A stretch of 48,624 nucleotides of DNA from Thraustochytrium aureum. Taxonomy: Eukaryota. The notes under the pieces were generated by a model that did not search any database, was not told the origin of the DNA, and was given only the letters and a program-made list of their open reading frames with translations. Both the position numbers and the translations under genes were made by a program. The stretch is from positions 12,696-61,319 of the forward strand of contig BLSG01000228.1 in the NCBI GenBank assembly GCA_012862495.1, in the 5' to 3' direction. Positions 10,600 through 21,396 of this stretch are shown in pieces (the first letter of the stretch is position 1; each line of letters starts with the position of its first letter).

Positions 10600-13430
10600 A
10601 TGGCCGAAGCCGTCGAGCCTGCCGCCGTGTGGCTCGCCACTGCAGCCGCAGCCGCGCTCGGGACCTCGCTGCTCTACTTGAAGCGTCAACGCTCTGACCT
10701 GGGCCCTGCCGTGCGACCTCGAGACGCCAAATCGCAAGATGGNNNNNNNNNNNNNNNNNNNNNNNNNNNNNNNNNNNNNNNNNNNNNNNNNNNNNNNNNN
10801 NNNNNNNNNNNNNNNNNNNNNNNNNNNNNNNNNNNNNNNNNNNNNNNNNNNNNNNNNNNNNNNNNNNNNNNNNNNNNNNNNNNNNNNNNNNNNNNNNNNN
10901 NNNNNNNNNNNNNNNNNNNNNNNNNNNNNNNNNNNNNNNNNNNNNNNNNNNNNNNNNNNTTCAGGAGCAGCGAGCGCCAGCGCGACGCGTATGCGCTCGA
11001 GGCAGCTGCGGCGCTCAACCGCCAGCATGTCCGCATGATGGCGTGCAGGGGGCCAAAGGTGCTGGCCGTGTCGGAGACCGGTGACGTATATGAGTCCAGC
11101 GCCGCAGGTATTCGGCTCCACCAAACGCTCGCGGCCGAACGAGCTCTCCGCGGCGTCAAAGTTGTGTTTGTGGCCTGCGGGTACCAGCACTGCGCAGCCG
11201 TCTCGGTGAGCGCGGACCTGTACACATGGGGCCAGGGCGACAGCGGGCAGCTTGGGCACGCGTCGCTAAAGTCAGAGCCGCGCCCGCGGCGTGTTGGCGC
11301 ACTACTCGACCAACAGGTCGTGCGGTGCGCCCTCGGCGCCGAGCACTCGCTCGCCATCACCCAAAAGGGCCACGTGTACACCTGGGGCGAAGGCTCCTCT
11401 GGGCAACTCGGGCATCGCGACGGTGCCAGGCGCTCCGAGCCAAAGCGGCTCCTCACGCTCCCCGTGTGGTCCAAGGCGCGGTCCAAAGGGCCTTTCCTGG
11501 ACCGCCGGATTGTCGATGCTGCATGCGGCAACCGGCACTCTGTCGTAGTCGACTCGCGGGGCCACGTGTTGTGCTTTGGAGAAGGAAGCGCCGGCCAGTG
11601 TGGCCCGTGCGCGTCGCAGCCTGCGCAAAGCCACGACAAGGACGGGCGAGTTCCGTGTCCGCGGCTTCTGCGCGAGCTCGACCAGGTCAAGGCTTCCGCG
11701 AAGGAGAAAATCGTCGCCGTGCAATGCGGCAGCGAGTTCGCGGCTGCTTTGTCTGACAGCGGGCATGTGTACACCTGGGGTTCTGGGGCGCGAGGCGCTT
11801 TGGGCCGACCAATTGGTCAACGGGCATTCTCGGGGACCCCGGCCCGCGTTGTGTTGCGGGACTGCGAACCTGGGGCCGATGTCCGGGCGCGCCAGCTGGC
11901 ATGCGGCGAGCATCACGTGGTCGTGTTGCTCGAAGACGGGCGGCTCATGGGGTGGGGCGACAACGCGTTCGGGCAGCTCGGTGACGCAGCAGTTCCCAAA
12001 CATGCCCTCGTCGAAGAGGCGGCTTGCGAAAGCGAGAGCTGGTCCTCGCCGCAGGCAGTCCTGCTTCACCATTCGCGTTGGGCTGGGGTCAAGTCGGGGG
12101 CTGACCGGCGGCCAGCCGCAAAGGGCATGGTGGCGTGCGGCGCCACGTTCACTATGCTCGTGCGAAACGTGCAAGACGCCGTAGTCACGCCGCGCGGAAC
12201 GTCAATTACAACAGCGACGAGCGGATCCGACGAGCTGGCTGCTTGGTGGGAGCGAGGCGAGCTCGGCGCACCGCGAGCCCCAGAGGCAGTGAGCGCTGCT
12301 CTTGGCTCTGACGCAGCGGACTGGGCCAGGCAGGGGCGATGGGAAAACAAGATCCTCCCGAGCTGGCGAGACTGCCAGGCAACGAGCAGCACGCGGCAAA
12401 CCTGGCGAGAGGGCATCCCGATCGCCCTTCGCGAGACGGTGTGGCCGGTTGCGATCGGAAATGACTTGAGGGTCACGAAGGCGATGTACTATGCATTTCT
12501 CGCGCGTTCCGCTGTCGCCGACCACCTGATTTTGTCGCGGAGGGGAACGCAGGACAGCCTCGGGGGGGCGGTCGAGGGATGGGTGACCAGTCGCCTCAGA
12601 CACTAAAGGTGGGCAGGAGCGGGCAAGGCGGTGAGGATGGAGACGAGGGGCGTGCGCCTGGAGACCCGCGCCTGGACTCTGAGCACGACGAGCGCGCCAT
12701 GAGCGAAACGTACCGCGCTCTGGCGCAGGAGCGCGAGCGCGCCTTGGCGCTCGTTGACGCCGACCTGCCGCGGACGTTTCCCTCGCTGCAGCTCTTCTCT
12801 GTGAACGGGCCGCTTGGGGCGCGCCTCCGCAACGTGCTCAACGCGTTTGCCGCCTACCGGCCGGACCTCGGGTACGTGCAGGGCATGTCGTACTTGGCGG
12901 CTACGCTGTGCCTCTTTGCGCCGTCAGAGTACATGGCTTTTCAGTGCCTTGCCAACCTGCTGATGCGCGGGCACTTGTTTGCTTTTTACCGGCTGGACCG
13001 CGCGCACATTTATCAATATTACGACTTGTTCGAGGAAGCGCTGTGCGCGTGCGGGTCCACGAGAGAGGTGGCCGCGCACCTCGCAAAGCAGGGGGTGCAC
13101 CCACACCTGTACCTGTTCAACTGGTTCCAGACCTTGTTTCTCAAGGTGGTGCCCCTGAGCGTGGCCTCGCGCATCTGCGACTGCTTCCTTCTGGAGGGGA
13201 CGCCCTTTGTGATCCGCGTCGCGGTGGCTGTCGTCAAGCTGTTCCGGCCCCTGCTTGTTGACCGCCCCTTTGAGGAGTGCATCAAGCTGCTGACGTGCTC
13301 GCCCGGCCAAGAGGCGCTCTGGCGCGAGCACATAACCGAGGAGGCGCTCTTCCGCGCCGTGTGGGAGGTCAAGTTGCCAGGGTCGCTTGTGGCGTCCGTG
13401 GACGACCTCGGCGGCCGCCTCTTCTTCTAG
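10600..13430 (+). CDS. N-anchored RCC1-repeat + Rab-GAP TBC domain protein (TBC1D12/14-type); frameshift or short intron at G7 12562-12568; gap 10743-10959
   Basis: Hydrophobic N-terminus WLATAAAAALGTSLLYL. About 5-6 RCC1 repeats (VACGYQHC, YTWGQGDSGQLG, ALGAEHS, YTWGEGSSGQLG, ACGNRHS, CGSEF, ACGEHH, WGDNAFGQLG). TBC domain WENKILPSW..WREGIP..LRETVWPVAIGNDL continues in ORF 12579-13430 with the Arg finger VDADLPRTFP and Gln finger YVQGMSY. Confidence 0.85.
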
Positions 13431-13534
13431 GCGGCCCGCGGCGGCCGCCCGCTTTCGAGGCCCGCGCCAGGAGCCAAGGTGGATAGGTAGTACTATCTTG
13501 GTCGAGCTCGCCGGGCGCTCGCCAAATTCAAGCG

Positions 13535-13598
13535 CCGCCGAGTCTGCCGCCCGCCGAGTCTGCCGCCCGCCGAGTCAGCCGCCCGCCGAGTCTGCCGC
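13535..13598 (+). repeat. 16-bp minisatellite CCGCCGAGTCTGCCGC x4
   Basis: Four near-perfect copies downstream of the TBC stop, followed by a T8 tract. Confidence 0.9.
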
Positions 13599-14267
13599 CG
13601 TTTTTTTTGTTGTATGCTTGATTGNNNNNNNNNNNNNNNNNNNNNNNNNNNNNNNNNNNNNNNNNNNNNNNNNNNNNNNNNNNNNNNNNNNNNNNNNNNN
13701 NNNNNNNNNNNNNNNNNNNNNNNNNNNNNNNNNNNNNNNNNNNNNNNNNNNNNNNNNNNNNNNNNNNNNNNNNNNNNNNNNNNNNNNNNNNNNNNNNNNN
13801 NNNNNNNNNNNNNNNNNNNNNNNNNNNNNNNNNNNNNNNNNNNNNNNNNNNNNNNNNNNNNNNNNNNNNNNNNNNNNNNNNNNNNNNNNNNNNNNNNNNN
13901 NNNNNNNNNNNNNNNNNNNNNNNNNNNNNNNNNNNNNNNNNNNNNNNNNNNNNNNNNNNNNNNNNNNNNNNNNNNNNNNNNNNNNNNNNNNNNNNNNNNN
14001 NNNNNNNNNNNNNNNNNNNNNNNNNNNNNNNNNNNNNNNNNNNNNNNNNNNNNNNNNNNNNNNNNNNNNNNNNNNNNNNNNNNNNNNNNNNNNNNNNNNN
14101 NNNNNNNNNNNNNNNNNNGTGAGCGCTGAAGTGGGTTGCCCGTCGCGCTCCGGGCAGATTTTCAAGCGGGAAAATGCCCTGGCCAAAACGAGAGCCAGAC
14201 AGACCGCAATCGCTGCACAGCACCGGAGGATCGAAACGCACACCAAGCAAAGCCCCACGAAAGGACA

Positions 14268-14316
14268 TCCAGCAGCCGCAGCAGCCGCAGCAGCAGCAGC
14301 AGCCGCCGCAGCAGCA
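14268..14316 (+). repeat. (CAG/CCG)n microsatellite upstream of UNG
   Basis: cagcagccgcagcagccgcagcagcagcagcagccgccgcagcagcag. Confidence 0.85.
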
Positions 14317-14371
14317 GGGCAAGGGGAGGTGCGCGCTCGCGCCGACGGGGCGGGGGACCTCGCCGAGAGCC

Positions 14372-15289
14372 ATGTCGAAGCCGATCACGCAGTTTTTCGC
14401 CAAGGCGGCCAGCACCAAGTCCGCCAAGGCCGCCAAGGCCGCGGTCGCCGTAGACGCTGCAGGAGGTTGCGCTACTGCGCCGCCCGCGGGCGGCGCGGCC
14501 CTTGGGGCTGGGGGAACCAAGCGGTGCCTGAGCGCGACGGCGGAAGGGAGCGAAGAGCCGCTCCAGGCCGCCAAGCGGACCAAGCCCGTCGCGGGCGGCT
14601 CCGGGAGCGCGCTGCAGCTCGAGCCCGGGTGGCAGGCGCGCCTGGGCGACGAGGCGAGCAAGCCCTACTTTAAAAAGCTGCACAAGTTCCTCGAAGGCGA
14701 GGCGCGCGCAAACAAGGTGATTTTCCCGCCCAAGGCGCAGGTGATGACCGCCTTTGACCTGTGCCCGTTTGACCGCGTAAAGGTGGTCATACTCGGCCAG
14801 GACCCGTACCACGGACCGGGGCAGGCGCACGGGCTCGCGTTTTCCGTGCTGGACGGCGTCCAGCTGCCCCCGAGCCTCCGAAACATCTACAAGGAGCTCG
14901 GAACCGACCTGAAGCTCACGATGCCCAAGGCGGACGGGAACCTCACCAAGTGGGCCAAGCAGGGCGTCCTACTGCTCAACACCTGCCTGACGGTGCGCAA
15001 ATCCGAGGCCAACTCGCACCGCAACCAGGGCTGGGAGCAGTTCACCGACCAAGTCATCAAGTCGCTCAACAAGGAGAAAGAGGGACTTGTGTTCCTGCTC
15101 TGGGGCAAGCCGGCGCAGACCAAGTGCAGCATTGTCAACAAGTCCAAGCACCACATCATCACCTCGAGCCACCCGTCGCCGCTCTCGGCGACCAAAACCA
15201 ACGAGCCGTTCATCGGCTCGCGCTGCTTCTCGCGCACCAACGAGCTCCTGGTCCAGTCCGGGAAGGACCCGATCGACTGGTCAATCTAG
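14372..15289 (+). CDS. UNG: uracil-DNA glycosylase, family 1
   Basis: KVVILGQDPYHGPGQAHGLAFSV, PPSLRNIYKEL, WAKQGVLLLN, VFLLWG, HPSPLSA. The N-terminal MSKPITQFF resembles a PCNA-binding PIP box like that of nuclear UNG2. Confidence 0.97.
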   Translation: MSKPITQFFAKAASTKSAKAAKAAVAVDAAGGCATAPPAGGAALGAGGTKRCLSATAEGSEEPLQAAKRTKPVAGGSGSALQLEPGWQARLGDEASKPYFKKLHKFLEGEARANKVIFPPKAQVMTAFDLCPFDRVKVVILGQDPYHGPGQAHGLAFSVLDGVQLPPSLRNIYKELGTDLKLTMPKADGNLTKWAKQGVLLLNTCLTVRKSEANSHRNQGWEQFTDQVIKSLNKEKEGLVFLLWGKPAQTKCSIVNKSKHHIITSSHPSPLSATKTNEPFIGSRCFSRTNELLVQSGKDPIDWSI

Positions 15290-15294
15290 AGGCC

Positions 15295-15356
15295 GCCAGC
15301 CTCCCGCCAGCCAGCCAGCCAGCCAGGCTCCCAGCCAGCCAGCCAGGCTCCCAGCC
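15295..15356 (+). repeat. (CCAG)n-rich compound repeat 3' of UNG
   Basis: gccagccagccagccagccaggctcccagccagccagccaggctcccagcc. Confidence 0.8.
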
Positions 15357-15745
15357 CGGGGCCGCCGCGCGTCCAGCCATAGCCTCATATCTGCGAGCAA
15401 AACAAGCCCGTCCTCCCTTGAAGCTATAAGCGAGGGCCTTTTACCACAGGAACGCTTGCCGTACCACCGCTATCCTCGCTCGCTGCTCGACCACTTGCGG
15501 CTCTGGAGCAGCAGCAGAGCCCCAACCCACGCGAGCGAGCACGGGGCCAGGGCGCGAGAGCGAAAGGCGAGGAGCTGGCGAGGAGCGTGACATATTTATA
15601 TCTAACTAGCTCGAGCAAGCAGGTAGACAGGCGGCTTGGCCTGGAGACAGCGCGCGCGCGTGCGTGACCTCCCGCAGCGTCCCGTCCGTTCATTTGGGCC
15701 TTCCGTGCGCGGCCCCTCGGCCTCTGCGGCGGGCAACCCGGCAGG

Positions 15746-17400
15746 ATGGGCAAGCGGCGCGGCGAGGACGCTGGCTTGGATATGCAGGTGGCCAAGGAGT
15801 CGTATAATGATGACGGGGATGACAGCGGCGGCGAGGCGGCCGAGGCCGCGCCGGCCGCCGCCGCCGCGTGGCGCGCGGACGAGGACACGCTNNNNNNNNN
15901 NNNNNNNNNNNNNNNNNNNNNNNNNNNNNNNNNNNNNNNNNNNNNNNNNNNNNNNNNNNNNNNNNNNNNNNNNNNNNNNNNNNNNNNNNNNNNNNNNNNN
16001 NNNNNNNNNNNNNNNNNNNNNNNNNNNNNNNNNNNNNNNNNNNNNNNNNNNNNNNNAAGATTCGCAAGGTGAATCGCAAGATGTTTGGCGCTGCCATGGC
16101 GAACGCGCGGGAAGAGCGCGCGTCGGCGGCCAAGGAGCCCAGCAAAGCTTCCTCAAATCCTTTCGCGAGCGTCAACCTCCTCGGCGGCAGCGCCTCCTCC
16201 GCTTCGTCGGGGTTCGCCTCGGGCGGCTTCGGAGCGAAGTTTGGGTCTACAGGTTCAGCAGGCGCGCTTGGCGCCCCAAAGGCAGCAGCGCCCATGAGTG
16301 GGCTCTTCAACCCCCCGGGCTCCAAGAGCGCGAGCAGCCCGTTCGCTGCCGCCCCGGCGACCTCGTCGGCCGCTGGGCTGCCGACCAGCTCGCCGTTCGC
16401 GACGTCCGGGGCGAGCTCGGCGGCTGCTAGCGGCTCGTTGGGGTCGGGGCTCGCAGACGCGGGCAGCACCGTTGCCGACGAGGAGGCCCTCAAGAACGTC
16501 GTGGCGCTCAACTCGGGCTTTTGCAAGTGGGTCAAGGGCCAGCTGGCCAAGAACCCGTCCGCGCCGCTCGTTGACGGGGTGCGCAACTATATTCGCTACG
16601 CACAGGAGTTGACTGCCAAGCTGGAGGCCGCAGAGTCCTCTGCCGACTCGCGTCGCGCCGGCGACCCAAAACAGACCGGCGCGGACGCCAACGGAGCCGG
16701 AGTGCCAAAGGCTGCGTCGGCGTCGGTGTCGGGCTCGAGCGGGATGCTCTCCTCTTTCCCGAGCTCCAGCCCTACAACGACGCCTGCTGGGGTGTCTTTT
16801 CTCTTTGGGGGCTTTGGCGCAGGCAGCGCCGGCCCAACCCCTGCGACGAATGGCGGAGGTCTCTTTGGCTCTAGCGTCTCGGGCTCTGGGCTCTTTGGGA
16901 GCGGCGGCGGCGCCAGCCAGAACGGCGCGGCACCAGCCTCGGCGGCTGCTGCAAGCGGCGGCAATGGTGGCGACGACGACGACGACGACGAGCCCGAGCC
17001 CGTCGAGCAGACTGTCGTGGAGGACTCGCTGCGCGCGAGTGAGGAGTTGGTTCACCGCGTGAAGGCCAAGGTCCTCTACCTGCGCGACGGCGAGTGGGCT
17101 TCCAAGGGGTTGGGCGAGCTGTCCGTGATCCGCGACAAGGAGACTGCCCGCTCGTACGTCGTCCTGCGGTCCAACTCGGGGCGGGTGACGTGCAACGTCC
17201 CATTGTACAAGTCGATCAACACCACGGTCGACGAGAAGGCCAAGGCCGTGCGCTTCGCCGCAGTCAGCTACACGGAGGGCGCGGACGGCTCAGCTGAGCA
17301 GGAGAACGACGGCAAGCCCTTGCCGTTCATGGTGCGCGTCAAGGACGCCGCGGCGGCCGCCGCGCTCTCCGCCAAGATGCAAGAGGCCATCTCAACCTAA
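15746..17400 (+). CDS. NUP50: nucleoporin Nup50/Nup2-like (FG repeats + Ran-binding domain); gap 15892-16056
   Basis: N-terminal MGKRR...acidic patch and KIRKVNR (importin-alpha binding region). Central ALNSGFCKWV...NPSAPLVDGVRNYIRY is the Nup50 helical motif. FG/LFG repeats are present. C-terminal RanBD: VKAKVLYL..EWASKGLGELSV...VVLRSNSGRVTCN. Confidence 0.88.
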
Positions 17401-17600
17401 AGACCCCCAAAAACGAACCACCCTTGCTCTGCCAGCGCGCGACCGACCTTGCCACCTCCGCTGCTGCTCGCTGCTCGCGCCCGCGCACCGGCAGAGGGTC
17501 TGGCTGGCACAGGCAGGCTTGGCAAAAAGACGAGGGCAAAATCGGCGGCAGACCCCGAACAAAAGGAGCCCACATTGCAGAGGCGCAGCGCAGCGCGAGC

Positions 17601-17697
17601 AGCGGCACAGCGGTGGCAGTCGACGACCAACTCGGCGATTGCGGGAAAGCGGCACAGCGGTGGCAGTCGACGACCAACTCGGCGATTGCGGGAAAGC
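17601..17697 (+). repeat. 47-bp perfect tandem duplication upstream of the LSD1-like gene
   Basis: agcggcacagcggtggcagtcgacgaccaactcggcgattgcgggaa at 17601 and 17648. Confidence 0.95.
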
Positions 17698-17767
17698 GCA
17701 CAACCCCATCCATCGCTCCTGCGAAGCTCGCGCTTGCGCACAGGCACAGCACTTTTTGAAAACGAGG

Positions 17768-20700
17768 ATGAGCAGCTGGCCAAGCGGCCTCAGCCAGAAT
17801 GCCCAAAACCTGCTGCTCAACCAGCAGCAGGAGGAGCGGCAAGCGTGGCAGCAACAGGGACAAACTGGTGGGATACAGCTGGCGAATGGGCGCACTCATT
17901 TCCAACAGGACCAACAGGAGCGCCAACAAACCGCGCACAACGCTTGGCACAGCGCCGAGCTCAGCGAGGCGGACGAACAAGAGGCCAAGCGGCAAAGACT
18001 GCAGCACCAGTTGGCGCAGCTGCAAATGGAGCACCAGATTCAGCAACGCAACCTGTTCATCCAGCAGCAAATGCTTGCGCAGCAGCGTGGGCATGCGCTG
18101 GCGGCGCTCGCCGTCGAGGTGCCGGGAGAAGCAACCTCGTACCTGACGCAGAACTCTGCCCTGGCAGGCGCATCGAGTCCCGCCGCGCCACCCACAGGCC
18201 TGACCACGTCCCTGACAGGTAGAGGAGGCATTGCAACGCGGGCCCGGGGCCGAGGGCGCGGCCGAGGGCGCGGCCGCGGAAAGACCAAGGTTGCCCAAAG
18301 CGCGACCAACCCCGCGAGCNNNNNNNNNNNNNNNNNNNNNNNNNNNNNNNNNNNNNNNNNNNNNNNNNNNNNNNNNNNNNNNNNNNNNNNNNNNNNNNNN
18401 NNNNNNNNNNNNNNNNNNNNNNNNNNNNNNNNNNNNNNNNNNNNNNNNNNNNNNNNNNNNNNNNNNNNNNNNNNNNNNNNNNNNNNNNNNNNNNNNNNNN
18501 NNNNNNNNNNNNNNNNNNNNNNNNNNNNNNNNNNNNNNNNNNNNNNNNNNNNNNNNNNNNNNNNNNNNNNNNNNNNNNNNNNNNNNNNNNNNNNNNNNNN
18601 NNNNNNNNNNNNNNNNNNNNNNNNNNNNNNNNNNNNNNNNNNNNNNNNNNNNNNNNNNNNNNNNNNNNNNNNNNNNNNNNNNNNNNNNNNNNNNNNNNNN
18701 NNNNNNNNNNNNNNNNNNNNNNNNNNNNNNNNNNNNNNNNNNNNNNNNNNNNNNNNNNNNNNNNNNNNNNNNNNNNNNNNNNNNNNNNNNNNNNNNNNNN
18801 NNNNNNNNNNNNNNNNNNNNNNNNNNNNNNNNNNNNNNNNNNNNNNNNNNNNNNNNNNNNNNNNNNNNNNNNNNNNNNNNNNNNNNNNNNNNNNNNNNNN
18901 NNNNNNNNNNNNNNNNNNNNNNNNNNNNNNNNNNNNNNNNNNNNNNNNNNNNNNNNNNNNNNNNNNNNNNNNNNNNNNNNNNNNNNNNNNNNNNNNNNNN
19001 NNNNNNNNNNNNNNNNNNNNNNNNNNNNNNNNNNNNNNNNNNNNNNNNNNNNNNNNNNNNNNNNNNNNNNNNNNNNNNNNNNNNNNNNNNNNNNNNNNNN
19101 NNNNNNNNNNNNNNNNNNNNNNNNNNNNNNNNNNNNNNNNNNNNNNNNNNNNNNNNNNNNNNNNGATTCCGATGCGCGACTGCACCGGCGAGCTTATCCG
19201 CGAGGCCTGGACAACGAGGTCGAAAAGGTCTTCAACGACGCGCTCAACTACGCGGCGGTGCGGGGCCACTGCGAGGGCGTGGAGCACGACATGGCGCTGC
19301 GGCACGTCGACCGTCTTCAGGGCGAGCTGGGAAACCAGCTCGTGAGCTGCCTGCCGACGGCGCCCGGAAATAAAACGTTTTGGCCCACCGCGGCGCCCGT
19401 GCTCGAGCAAGTTGCGGAAAGCGTTCGTTCAACCGTGCCTGAGGTTCAGCAAGTCGCTATTTCGCTGGAAGCGATGCTGGAGACCGTGGAGCAAGCCTGC
19501 ACAGGGTCCCGCGCCGAGCCCGGGTCTCTCGGCCAGGCCATCGACGAGTACTTTACCCTCGCGGCGCCGCGGGCGGGGGCGCTCGACCGCCGCCTCTTCC
19601 AGTGGCATGTGAGCAACCTCGAGTATGCCAACGCGACCAACTTGGACCAGCTCAGCCTCCAGTACTGGAACCAAGACGACCCCTTCACGTTCAGCGGGGC
19701 GCACTGTTTGCTCAAGGAAGGCTTTGGTGGGCTTACCCAAGCACTGGCCAACGGCTTCAAGGCGTGCGGAGGGAAGGTCCTGCTCTCGCACGCCGTCAAA
19801 CGGATCCAGATCGGCGTCGAAGGCGTCACGGTGTCAGGGGAGCGGATTCCCAGCGATGCCTCGGCGAAAGGCGAACCGAGTGACGCGCAAAGCGCCCCGC
19901 AAGCGCAAGCGCCTGCTCAAGGGCCCGGGGAGCACGCGCCACGGTCGGCATCACAGGAGGGCGAGCTACCAGGGCCGGTCAACGGCCGCGACCCGCCATC
20001 AGCGCACGCGGACTCGTCCGGCGAGGCTCAACCTGGCTTGGGTATCCCAGGCTCTGCAAAGGTTGCGACCTCGACGAGCGGAGGCCAGGCGCCTCCTGGA
20101 GCGGTACCGTTCACGGTGGAGGCGGACTATTGCGTGACCACACTCCCGTTGGGCGTCCTGAAGGCCGGTGTCGTTTCTTTCGAGCCCGCGCTCCCTCAGA
20201 GCAAGCGCGACGCGATTCAGAGGCTCGGGTTTGGGCTACTGAACAAGGTCGTGCTCGCCTTTGCCGAGGCCTTTTGGGACCCGCTGCCTGTGATCGGCCA
20301 TGTCTCGGTCAAACCCGGCGAGCACTTTATGTTTGTCAACCTCAAGCCGCTCACAGGCCGCCCAGTGCTGGTCTCGCTCGTTTCAGGCCGCTGCGCAGAG
20401 GCTTTGGAGGCGCAGCGCGAGGAGGACGCCGTGAAGGAGTGCGTGGACGTGTTGCGTCGCATTTACCGCCACCGCGTTGTTCCGGACCCTGTCGAGGCGC
20501 GCGTGACCCGTTGGCGCAACGACCCGCTCGCGCGCGGCTCGTACTCGTTCATCCGCAAGGGCAGCTCGCCGGCCGACANNNNNNNNNNNNNNNNNNNNNN
20601 NNNNNNNNNNNNNNNNNNNNNNNNNNNNNNNNNNNNNNNNNNNNNNNNNNNNNNNNNNNNNNNNNNNNNNNNNNNNNNNNNNNNNNNNNNNNNNNNNNNN

Positions 20701-21090
20701 NNNNNNNNNNNNNNNNNNNNNNNNNNNNNNNNNNNNNNNNNNNNNNNNNNNNNCCACCGAGTAGAGTGGCTGGCCGCTGTCGAGGGTCCGAATTCCCGCT
20801 CGCTTTCCTCCTCGAGCGGCGAGCCCACGCAGCGAGTCACAGGGCGCCCGCACTCTCGCTGCCTCGAGGCAAGTGCCGCGGGCGTGGCCGCGCTGGTCGA
20901 TGCGAGTGCCCTGCTGGAAGCGCTCGAGCTGATGGGCGTCGCACACCTCACTCGCCAGAAGGTACTCCCTACTCCACAACTTGGATGCAGACGAGAGCAG
21001 CCACCGGCCATGGGACTGGCACGGGATGGCTCGAAAGGGCTCCGCGTGCTCGAGCCCGTGGCCGTCGGGATGCCTGGTGAGGGCGCTTGA
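17768..21090 (+). CDS. KDM1: lysine-specific histone demethylase LSD1/LDL-like flavin amine oxidase (two gaps; 3' end uncertain)
   Basis: Q-rich N-terminus and RG repeat. After the gap: LDNEVEKVFNDAL, LDRRLFQWHVSNLEYANATNLDQLSLQYWNQDDPFTFSGAHCLLKEGF, ADYCVTTLPLGVLK, IQRLGFGLLNKVVLAF..AFWD, VTRWRNDPLARGSYSF. Joining the N-terminal part across the gap is inferred; SWIRM and FAD-binding motifs would lie in the gap. Confidence 0.82.
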
Positions 21091-21396
21091 TCGCGTTTCT
21101 CTGTGGTTGATGTGCCCTGGTGATGGATGATGGATGGCTGATGACTGGCTGATGACTGGCAGCTGGCAGTCGTAGGTCGCGCGGGTTTTGGAGCGCAGGC
21201 GGGTTTCGGAGCTGGAGCAGCCACCTGCTCGATGTTCTGAACGGTCCATTGCTCGCTCAAGCCAAGATACGGTAGGTACCAACGTCTCGCGCCGCGCGTG
21301 AGCGACAGTGCTTGAATTGCGACCGACGGCGAGGCGGGTCTGCGCAAGGTGCGAAGCGCGCGCGCGAGTCACAGGATCGCAGAGGCCGCGAGCAAG

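Noticed and set aside
12562..12606. RCC1 and TBC ORFs as two separate genes or as a pseudogene
   Set aside because: The TBC domain starts in the first ORF and ends in the second; one extra G in the G7 run restores a single frame
14174..14371. polyQ N-terminal extension of UNG
   Set aside because: The ORF-track start is a non-ATG codon; the first ATG at 14372 gives a PIP-box-like N-terminus, so the CAG tract is more likely UTR or promoter
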